Shown one piece after another: positions 56,620 through 64,000 of a DNA stretch of 64,000 nt (positions are counted from its first letter, which is position 1; each line of letters begins with the position of its first letter). Below the pieces are notes generated by a model. The model was not told where the DNA came from. It saw only the letters and a list, made by a program, of their open reading frames with translations, and searched no databases. Source of the DNA: a virus. Lineage: Duplodnaviria > Caudoviricetes. The position numbers and the translations under genes are program-made. Location of the stretch: the IMG/VR virus record IMGVR_UViG_3300000239_000003, positions 1,862 to 65,861 of that record; one strand, 5' to 3'.

Positions 56620-56622
56620 ATA

Positions 56623-57024
56623 TTATACACTAGTATCAATTACTGTATTTTCACCAATGCCATATTGTTCATGTTCTGGTGGACGCTCATCACTTATAAG
56701 TAAAATTTCTTCTGGGTCAACCATTCGTATAGTTTTTTCTTCGCCATCTACTGTGCGAACTTTTAAACCACGTGTCCAACGGCCATGTTCAACAAGTATC
56801 CATTGGCCCTGCGATACTTCATGTTGTAGCGGGCCAATGCGGTATACTTTCCCCCAACGTGGACGAATGCCACGTTCTATTGCGTTATCATCTGGAATAA
56901 CAATGCCAGTTTTAGTGATAGTTTCACCAGTTTTTAATTCTTCTACAACAATTCTATCTTGAATTGCTCGCAACTCACCACTTAATTGATATGTTGAAAA
57001 TAATTGAACATCATTCCATTCCAT
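56623..57024 (-). CDS. groES: GroES-like co-chaperonin
   Basis: LRAIQDRIVV, TKTGIVIP, GKVYRIGP, GQWILVEHGRWT. Confidence 0.8.
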   Translation of the reverse strand: MEWNDVQLFSTYQLSGELRAIQDRIVVEELKTGETITKTGIVIPDDNAIERGIRPRWGKVYRIGPLQHEVSQGQWILVEHGRWTRGLKVRTVDGEEKTIRMVDPEEILLISDERPPEHEQYGIGENTVIDTSV

Positions 57025-57034
57025 TTTGGACTCC

Positions 57035-57568
57035 TTATCCTAAATCGAGATTATCCAACGCGCCTGTAACCGCCTTAGGTAATTTTGCTTCTGCTTCTGC
57101 TTTTTCTTCTTGAGCCTTATTTTTTGCTTTGGCCGCCGCCTTTTTGATTTTCTTTTCTAAAGCAGACTGCGTTGCCTCATCAGCAACAACAGTTGGGTCT
57201 GCTGATATAGCAGGTGGTGCCGGTGTTTGCTTCGGTGTTGATGATACTTCCGGTGCTGGTTGCTCTTCAACACTCATTGCTGGTGTTACAGTTGCTGGAT
57301 TTTTTAAATCATCTGGAATTAAATCTTCAGTAATGGACCCTATTGGTTGAGACTTTTGTACAGCATTTGGGTTATTTGAATAGTATTCTTGAACTAGTTC
57401 AGAATTGGTCCGTATTACTTCGCCCCCTGGGCCTATTTCATCACCACGAGCATTTACTGGATTATTACCAACTGCTATCGCCTCTTCATTATGTAGCAAC
57501 ATTGCTTCCATATCAAGGTGTTTCCCGGCGGCTGTTCTGTAAGTTTTTCGTCCTGTATTTTGTGCCAT
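57035..57568 (-). CDS. conserved jumbo-phage hypothetical protein
   Basis: YRTAAGKHLDM...AVGN..VNARGDEIGPGG; ATAAATA upstream. Confidence 0.65.
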   Translation of the reverse strand: MAQNTGRKTYRTAAGKHLDMEAMLLHNEEAIAVGNNPVNARGDEIGPGGEVIRTNSELVQEYYSNNPNAVQKSQPIGSITEDLIPDDLKNPATVTPAMSVEEQPAPEVSSTPKQTPAPPAISADPTVVADEATQSALEKKIKKAAAKAKNKAQEEKAEAEAKLPKAVTGALDNLDLG

Positions 57569-57605
57569 TTTAATTTTTCCCTCACATTATATACATATAT
57601 TATAT

Positions 57606-58115
57606 TTATTTAAAGAATTCATCTGGTGATAAATTATATTTTATACTGTCAATCTTATGAATACCTAACAAATATAAAACATAACTTGCCACACTACTAC
57701 CCCTACCTACACCCCATACTATATTATTATCACGCATAGTGTCTACAAAATACTTTAAAAAACACAAAGCATCAAAGAAATCTATCTTCTGATACTCTAA
57801 TAGTTCAAGTCCTACACGTTGCAATTCTGCATCAGTTTGACATAGATTTAACAAATATTCAGCAATATCTAATTCTTTATACTCTTGAGGCATATACCAG
57901 TTTTGCTGATATTGTTTATCAAATTCTTCAACACTAACATTTGGCTCTGTATATTGTTCAAGTTTTTCATTGGGCAAATACAAATTAGCAATCGCATCAT
58001 TAAACTTCTCAACATCAGTGATGTTAAGTTTAGTTAAATCAACGTTGGGATTATTGTATAAAACGTTGACTACTTCCTTTTCATTTAATACGTAATCGCC
58101 AAATTTATTCATCAT
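57606..58115 (-). CDS. stand-alone fragment homologous to DNA polymerase III alpha (DnaE)
   Basis: RV..EL, WGVGRGSSVASYVLYLLGIHKIDSIKYNL matches the DnaE GxGRGS motif. Confidence 0.8.
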   Translation of the reverse strand: MMNKFGDYVLNEKEVVNVLYNNPNVDLTKLNITDVEKFNDAIANLYLPNEKLEQYTEPNVSVEEFDKQYQQNWYMPQEYKELDIAEYLLNLCQTDAELQRVGLELLEYQKIDFFDALCFLKYFVDTMRDNNIVWGVGRGSSVASYVLYLLGIHKIDSIKYNLSPDEFFK

Positions 58116-58351
58116 TAATTTTTATTTACATCAATTAATTCGTCATACTTCTCTTTACCTTCTTCCATAGATTTTGCATGTCGACGGGTCATTTCTTCTT
58201 GGTATTCATTTAATATTACGACCATTTGATTTATAGCACTAAACATACCCGCAGAACTTGCTTGCCCCATTTTAGAATTTAATTCATTTATTTTTGCAAG
58301 CAATTCATCATCAGAAAGATCAGTTACGCCTGTTACTAATGGATTATACAT
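58115..58351 (-). CDS. conserved phage hypothetical protein
   Basis: MYNPL..DLSDDELLAKINEL...DELIDV. Confidence 0.6.
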   Translation of the reverse strand: MYNPLVTGVTDLSDDELLAKINELNSKMGQASSAGMFSAINQMVVILNEYQEEMTRRHAKSMEEGKEKYDELIDVNKN

Positions 58352-58362
58352 ATTTAATTACC

Positions 58363-58941
58363 TCACAGTTTACAATTAGGTTTATCAGTTAATTGGTTTT
58401 GAAATTTATTCTTCCATTTATTCAAATAATTACTATACCATGAAGGTATATATAAACCCGAGTCAGTTATTAATTCTTGTTCAATAATCATTGCTTGATA
58501 TTCTAGTAACGCAACACATAAAGAATAACTACCGCGGCGCGTCAGTCCGTGTCTATGTTGAACATAATGTACTACTTCATGTATTATACTGCCTACGTCA
58601 TATGCATCATCAAGTAATAAAGTTTTTTTAAGAATTAATGTGCTTCTACCTATATCATAATATGATTCTACTGCATCCTTTTGCATACAATCTTTAAATT
58701 TTATACTAGTAACACTTTTAGATTTAGTTTTACACCAAGAATGCTTTATTTCGTCTGCATGTCTTAATTCTATATTCCACGAAACATCAAATTCCACAGG
58801 AGTAGGAAATCTACCTTCCAATTTTTTAATTGTATTCTCAACAATATTATAAATTTTTATACCATTTGTCGGATCGCTTATATCTGACCAAGATGCTGAT
58901 GGTATCATTATACATAGAAGTATTGCGAGTATATATTTCAT
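58363..58941 (-). CDS. exported HExxH metallopeptidase-like protein
   Basis: Signal peptide; IIHEVVHYVQH...LEYQA. Confidence 0.6.
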   Translation of the reverse strand: MKYILAILLCIMIPSASWSDISDPTNGIKIYNIVENTIKKLEGRFPTPVEFDVSWNIELRHADEIKHSWCKTKSKSVTSIKFKDCMQKDAVESYYDIGRSTLILKKTLLLDDAYDVGSIIHEVVHYVQHRHGLTRRGSYSLCVALLEYQAMIIEQELITDSGLYIPSWYSNYLNKWKNKFQNQLTDKPNCKL

Positions 58942-58947
58942 TAACAT

Positions 58948-58976
58948 ATTATACTACAGAAAGGGGCAAATGTCAA
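58948..58976 (-). promoter_or_regulatory. consensus sigma70 promoter (probably leaderless)
   Basis: TTGACA-N17-TATAAT; ATG (MKYIL) after a 6-nt spacer. Confidence 0.85.
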
Positions 58977-59860
58977 GCAGTCAAAGTGCCCAGCACAGCC
59001 GAATCAGTCACTTTTTCCGATATTTGATCTATATTCTCAACATCTACCACTAATAACATACCCCAGCCACAATTAAACACACATTCAAACTCGTGTTTGC
59101 TCATATTCATGGGAAAATTTTGGGTAGAAGTGAACAATGCTGACCACCAGTCTTTTAATTCAATATTGATATTGTAATTTAAGTGATCTGGCAGTATTCG
59201 AGGCAAATTACCGTGAATTCCACCTCCTGTAATGTGAGCCGCACCTTTAATAAGTGGTAAAATGGGTAAAACATCGTCAGTATAAATGCGAGTTGGTCTT
59301 AAAATGTTTATATGATAAATTCCACCATATAATTGACGTAACAAACTATATCCGTTACTATGTGGGCCACTGCTAGGGATACCAATGATAACATCACCTT
59401 CTTTCATTAAGTCTTTTTTAGGTAACTCATCTATAACAACGCCCATACAGAATCCAGCAAGGTCAAACTTATCCCCTTCATATACGTCAGGCATCTCAGC
59501 AGTCTCGCCACCAACTAATTTACATCCTGCTAATTCACATCCTGTTTGTATACCAGATAGTATTTCTTTACTTTTTTCTAAATTAAGACTACCCATTGCG
59601 TAATAGTCTAAGAATGAATGAGGTTTTGCGCCGTGACATAGAATGTCGTTGGCACACATAGCAACTAAATCAATACCAATGGTATCAAAAACGTTTAATT
59701 GCTCTGCTACTAGTATTTTTGTTCCTACGCCGTCGGTGCTGAGGACTATTTTAGTGTCGCCGAGATTGATAACGGCTCCATAGTCAGAAAAGCCAAGTTG
59801 TTTAACTAATTGATCTGCTTTAGCAATGTCTACACCGGCGTCTTTGTAGGCGTCGGTCAT
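58973..59860 (-). CDS. purM: phosphoribosylformylglycinamidine cyclo-ligase (AIR synthetase)
   Basis: YKDAGVDI, STDGVGTK, GIDLVAMCANDI, GGETAEMP, SSGPHSNGYSL, HITGGG, FNCGWG. Confidence 0.95.
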   Translation of the reverse strand: MTDAYKDAGVDIAKADQLVKQLGFSDYGAVINLGDTKIVLSTDGVGTKILVAEQLNVFDTIGIDLVAMCANDILCHGAKPHSFLDYYAMGSLNLEKSKEILSGIQTGCELAGCKLVGGETAEMPDVYEGDKFDLAGFCMGVVIDELPKKDLMKEGDVIIGIPSSGPHSNGYSLLRQLYGGIYHINILRPTRIYTDDVLPILPLIKGAAHITGGGIHGNLPRILPDHLNYNINIELKDWWSALFTSTQNFPMNMSKHEFECVFNCGWGMLLVVDVENIDQISEKVTDSAVLGTLTA

Positions 59861-59882
59861 AATAGATTCCTATAAGTTAGTA

Positions 59883-60266
59883 TTACCTATATTCTTCAGC
59901 CGATGGGGTTTCATCATGTGCGGATCTTGGGCCCAAGAACATTTTTCCAACAATACTTTCTACTTCGTCCCATGATGTTATTCCGGCATCCCCAATCACA
60001 CGGCCATCACCATCTTCAATCTTCCAAGTACCATTACCTATATCAGTGACTGTAGCAAAATGAGTGCCGGTATCTTGTTCTTTGAACCAAAAGAATTGCG
60101 AATTCGGACCACCACGGCCAACTGACCATGCTCCTCCACCAAAAGCATCATCTGGTTCCAGATCGTCATTTGTTATACCCAAATTTTCCCAATCACCGGA
60201 TATCATAGCTTCTTCTATTGGTAAGCCTGCTAATTCTCGTAATTTTGTTATATCTAAAACTTTCAT
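59883..60266 (-). CDS. putative internal head protein
   Basis: LRELAGL..IEE leader typical of capsid-packaged proteins of large phages. Confidence 0.5.
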   Translation of the reverse strand: MKVLDITKLRELAGLPIEEAMISGDWENLGITNDDLEPDDAFGGGAWSVGRGGPNSQFFWFKEQDTGTHFATVTDIGNGTWKIEDGDGRVIGDAGITSWDEVESIVGKMFLGPRSAHDETPSAEEYR

Positions 60267-60289
60267 AATTTTAACCTATCTAGATTCTA

Positions 60290-62389
60290 TTATACATTAT
60301 AATAAGGAATCTTTGCGTTAGCACCGTTAATCTCAATCAATAAGTATCCTGCAGGGTCAGTTGGTAACGAAGATGCCGCACCTGTTGTTGCAGAAGTTGT
60401 CACATATGTTGCCGCATGAACTGCTAGTTTAATTCCACCTGTACCATTTGGTGCAAGTGCAAGAGCCTCATTAGTATTGTTTGTTGTTATGGTAGCATCA
60501 GTGCCATTACCATCAATACTAATTTTCCCAGTACCGTTAGGATCTAAAACAATATTTTGGTTGGTGCCAGCAGTTTTAATTGTGCCGTTACTACTACTTG
60601 TCATCTCAATATCAGCATCAAACACAATGTCACCTGCATTTGAATCTAATTTTAAATCTCCTGACGAGGTAGTAATTGTTGGTACGGTACCACCAATTAA
60701 CAACGTGCCTGAGCCATTCGGATTTAAAGCAATATTTGCATTTGATGAAGCAGGTGTTTGGATTGTCGGAGTACCAGCAGTTGTTAATTCTAACACATCG
60801 GTTTGTAATGAATTCAAACCAAATACATCAGCGTCTAAATTAACTGTAAATTTGTCAGTATCAACGTTTACACTAACATTTGTACCGCCTGAAATTGTAA
60901 GTGTATCGCCTGTATCAATTTGTTCTTGTAATGATATTACACCACCTGATGTGTATGCTGTAAACGCTGAGCCATCGGCAGTTGTTGTTAATCCTAAATC
61001 AGTGTATAGTTGAAACGTTGTTGATGTTACCCGTTTGGCATAGTACGTGTTACTATTCAGTTCTGTCATACCTACAACACCGGCAATCGAAATCTTGGCA
61101 CCATCGTCTAGATCATATTCTTGGAATTTGTCAACTTCACCGCCTGAGATGTATGCACCATAACCAGTACCATTAATACCATTTGATAACCAGATATCAG
61201 TATACAAAGCAAACGTAGTAGAATTAAGAACATCAACGTAAAAATCAAGATCATTTAGTTGTGTCATACCTACAACGCTTGTGATTTGAACTCTATCTCT
61301 ATCTGACAAGTTGTGAGTGCCTGCTGTTATTACTACTGGATTTGCTTGTGTAGCAGCTGTTATACTTCTTGTTGAACCATCAGATGTTGTAATTACTACT
61401 GGATTTGCTACCGTAGCACCCATCATTCCGATAGTGACACCATGGCGCAAAGGAATATTTGCAATTGACCCACCTGCGACAGTAGCATCTACGTATTGCT
61501 TTGTCGTCAGGGAGTTGGCACCATGTCCTGCACGGTCCTTATAACCTGCTGGAACCGTTACTGTGCCTGTACCATTTGGTGCAAGTGCTAATGCTTGGTC
61601 AGTAGTTGATGTTGAAATAGTCGCTGTTGCGCCACTTAAATCAACTGTACCTGTACCATTTGGTGCTAGTGTTAAATTACCATTGGTGTTTGTTGTGGCA
61701 ACTGTACCAGCATCAAAACTTAAATTATCTGTAGCAACTACACCGGTTCCGTTTGGAGTAAGTGTAATACCACCGTTTGTATTAATAGCACTAATTGCAT
61801 TACCTGAAACTTGCAAGTTACCTAGTGCTGAATCACTCTGTGTTTTATCTTCTACTAGCACAATTGTGCCACCATCTATTGAACTAAAATCGTAAATGTA
61901 TGTTCCAGTTGCTGGAAAAGTAATTACTAGTGAACTAATCCCTTGGACAGTCGTTGCACCTAATGTAACAGCCGACGGCAAGGTTAGCGTATGTGCTACA
62001 TTAGCAATTGTAACAATAAAACGCATTCTGCCACCTTTTCCTGACGCTGGCCAGTTACTAAATGCTAATGTGCCGCTTGCATTTAATGTAGCAGTATGGA
62101 TTATTGCTGTTGCGTGGTCTAATGTTACAGCGCCACCAACTGTGCCTAATGCATTTACTACATCGGCATTATTTTTCATTAATGCTTCACTGATTGTACC
62201 AGTAAAGTTAAAATCGTTCGTTGCACTTAACGTAACTGAAGACGTTTGTAACGTCTCTATTTCCGTCTTTGCCGCCGTAAAATTTGTTTTTATATTTGTA
62301 AAATTGTCTCTAAATCCTTGACTGTCATTATCTTGACCAGCTACTGGATATGTTCCGTCAATATTACTAGGGTTTATTGAACTTGCCAT
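60290..62389 (-). CDS. tail fibre / baseplate-associated structural protein
   Basis: MASSINPSNIDGTYPVAGQDNDSQGFRDNF N-terminus; six LxPNG(T/S)G repeats; ATxANPVVIT beta modules. Confidence 0.85.
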   Translation of the reverse strand: MASSINPSNIDGTYPVAGQDNDSQGFRDNFTNIKTNFTAAKTEIETLQTSSVTLSATNDFNFTGTISEALMKNNADVVNALGTVGGAVTLDHATAIIHTATLNASGTLAFSNWPASGKGGRMRFIVTIANVAHTLTLPSAVTLGATTVQGISSLVITFPATGTYIYDFSSIDGGTIVLVEDKTQSDSALGNLQVSGNAISAINTNGGITLTPNGTGVVATDNLSFDAGTVATTNTNGNLTLAPNGTGTVDLSGATATISTSTTDQALALAPNGTGTVTVPAGYKDRAGHGANSLTTKQYVDATVAGGSIANIPLRHGVTIGMMGATVANPVVITTSDGSTRSITAATQANPVVITAGTHNLSDRDRVQITSVVGMTQLNDLDFYVDVLNSTTFALYTDIWLSNGINGTGYGAYISGGEVDKFQEYDLDDGAKISIAGVVGMTELNSNTYYAKRVTSTTFQLYTDLGLTTTADGSAFTAYTSGGVISLQEQIDTGDTLTISGGTNVSVNVDTDKFTVNLDADVFGLNSLQTDVLELTTAGTPTIQTPASSNANIALNPNGSGTLLIGGTVPTITTSSGDLKLDSNAGDIVFDADIEMTSSSNGTIKTAGTNQNIVLDPNGTGKISIDGNGTDATITTNNTNEALALAPNGTGGIKLAVHAATYVTTSATTGAASSLPTDPAGYLLIEINGANAKIPYYNV

Positions 62390-64000
62390 TTATTCATACA
62401 CTCCTGTCTGTGGGAATTTCAAGTATTTATCGTTTTCTCCAACTTTTGAATATGTTCTCGGTGCATACTTTCTATAAATCACGTGATATTTTACGTTATT
62501 TAATGGTATTGTAGTATACTCTATTTGGTTAAATTGCGCCACATAATCTTTAACTGGTGTTAATAATAGATCTGTACCTATAAATTGTCCACCCGACGTA
62601 TATGCTGTATACCCTGTACCATCTACCGCAGTTGCTAATGCTACGTCTGTATATAAAGCAAATGATGTTGAATCAATAACATCTACATAATATATATTAC
62701 CATTCAATTCAGGCATACTTCCTAAATCATATATAAATTCATCATATGAATAACCATAACCTGGCAAATTGACAATTTGTACTTTTGTACTATCAATTAA
62801 ATTATGTGCCGTGATTGTAGTAATTACTACAGGATTAGCTTGTGTGGCACCAGAAATATCACCACTAAATCCTGGATTTGTAACATGTATCTCAGCAGAA
62901 TGATTTACATAATGATTTAATGTAAATTTCTTTGTAGAGCCATCACCTGTAATTGTTTGTATAGCATCTATAAACTTCATATCTTTATTATCAATTGTAG
63001 TTGTTAATGAATCAAAAGTTGTTTCTTTCCTTGCGGCATAATAACCAGTATCTATATTAAACGATTGTGTTAAATCAGTATCCCACTCATATCTGTCAAC
63101 CTCAAATAAAAATTTATTTGGATTAAATTTGGATCGGTTAATTAAAAATTTAATACGCTCTGCATTACCTGGTTCTACATACACCAATGGTACTGCTAAT
63201 TTATGTTGTAAAATACTACCATCTGTTTGTTCAGTTGACATCCAACTAGGTAATGATTTTGCTTCGCTTACTACTTCGCCAACATTTGTTTTTAAAGTTG
63301 CTCTCATATTTTTAAAACTATTTGGATAGATATCATACGCCTTGTCCCAAGTTGTCATATCTACTGTATAATCTGGCAGGCCGGGCCCATCTGTTATACT
63401 AGCTCGTATTTTTTCACTAGATGCAAATACTGGGGCAAAATCATGTATGCTACTTGTATTTAAATCTAACAAAGTATCTGTTGAAGAACTGATTTCTATT
63501 ATTTCATAATATATAACTTCATATTCTACTTTGCCATTTACATAAGATCGCGCACTTTTAAGATCTCCAAAACGTAATTGTTTAGTATAATGATACTTTT
63601 CCATTATTGTCATATAATCTTTAAGATATTTTGGATTTAATCCTGATTTGACAAGTATTTTAATATCACGTTGTAAACCAAACTGATCATCATTTTTTCT
63701 ATATAATGATGCCTGATCAAATGTGTTAAAATCTGATGTAAAATCTTCCCAATTTGCTCTATTTGCTAAACTAGGTTTAGCAACACAATATAAATTCTGC
63801 CATGGTTTAAATGCTAATGATTTAACTGTAATTGAATAATTTTTAAATGAACTTATACCCAATCCACCAGCAATGTCACCACGACCAATTGCACCAGAGC
63901 CGCCGCCACCAGTAAAAGTAATAGTTGGTTCATGTGTATAGTTGTCGCCTCCCGCCGTTACTGTAATCGCATTAACAGCACCACCAGATACGGTACAAGT
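62390..64000 (-). CDS. baseplate wedge-like structural protein (5' end outside window)
   Basis: Frame open to the window edge (ITVTAGGDNYTHEPTITFTGGGGSGA); YEVIY, YPNS..NMR, LPSWM, DRY, DKYLKFP; one ATQANPVVIT module. Confidence 0.8.
   Translation of the reverse strand, partial: TCTVSGGAVNAITVTAGGDNYTHEPTITFTGGGGSGAIGRGDIAGGLGISSFKNYSITVKSLAFKPWQNLYCVAKPSLANRANWEDFTSDFNTFDQASLYRKNDDQFGLQRDIKILVKSGLNPKYLKDYMTIMEKYHYTKQLRFGDLKSARSYVNGKVEYEVIYYEIIEISSSTDTLLDLNTSSIHDFAPVFASSEKIRASITDGPGLPDYTVDMTTWDKAYDIYPNSFKNMRATLKTNVGEVVSEAKSLPSWMSTEQTDGSILQHKLAVPLVYVEPGNAERIKFLINRSKFNPNKFLFEVDRYEWDTDLTQSFNIDTGYYAARKETTFDSLTTTIDNKDMKFIDAIQTITGDGSTKKFTLNHYVNHSAEIHVTNPGFSGDISGATQANPVVITTITAHNLIDSTKVQIVNLPGYGYSYDEFIYDLGSMPELNGNIYYVDVIDSTSFALYTDVALATAVDGTGYTAYTSGGQFIGTDLLLTPVKDYVAQFNQIEYTTIPLNNVKYHVIYRKYAPRTYSKVGENDKYLKFPQTGVYE

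Noticed and set aside
701-63329. Numerous plus-strand ORFs in the track (e.g. 1392..1856, 22028..22639, 60477..61013) and minus-strand 23285..23551
   Set aside because: They are antisense shadows of well-supported genes, with no motifs or translation signals
1-64000. Stop-codon reassignment as seen in some large phages
   Set aside because: Long conserved genes are intact under the standard code and TAA, TAG and TGA all act as stops
1-64000. tRNA/rRNA genes, introns, inteins, integrases, transposases
   Set aside because: No cloverleaf or such motifs noticed; intergenic gaps are short and PolB, ClpA and PhoH are of normal length. A tRNAscan/Infernal run would be needed to exclude them fully

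Overview
AT-rich, densely coding 64 kb segment of a large T4-related (jumbo-type) myovirus, probably marine and infecting a proteobacterium. The FdxA-type ferredoxin, IHF-like sites and Gram-negative spanins point to this, and an alphaproteobacterial host is an inference. Almost all genes lie on the minus strand, with two short plus-strand islands (guaC region; radical SAM region). Contents: replication genes (family B DNA polymerase, sliding clamp, clamp loader, RNase H, a stand-alone DnaE fragment); a 7-deazaguanine DNA-modification cluster (folE, queD, queE, a second T-fold DpdL-like protein, a TGT/DpdA-like transglycosylase, no queC in the window) interleaved with a phosphoribosyltransferase, a glycosyltransferase and an amidinotransferase; a proteostasis set (ClpP, ClpA, DnaJ, GroES, peptide deformylase); holin and spanins; tail/baseplate proteins; and many auxiliary metabolic genes (GuaC, PurM, PhoH, Leu/Phe/Val dehydrogenase, miniature tryptophan dioxygenase, VOC-FAH-aminotransferase operon, TctA/TctC transporter embedded among oxygenase-, sulfotransferase- and methyltransferase-like genes). 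Notable non-obvious signals: systematic leaderless promoter-ATG geometry for both sigma70-type and late promoters, a putative capsid-packaged polyprotein (ART-like + kinase + Cys-His domain) punctuated by L/I-x-E cleavage sites, two deletion scars, an in-frame inverted triplication, and paired inverted IHF-like sites. All protein calls come from motif recognition by eye; no database searches were run.
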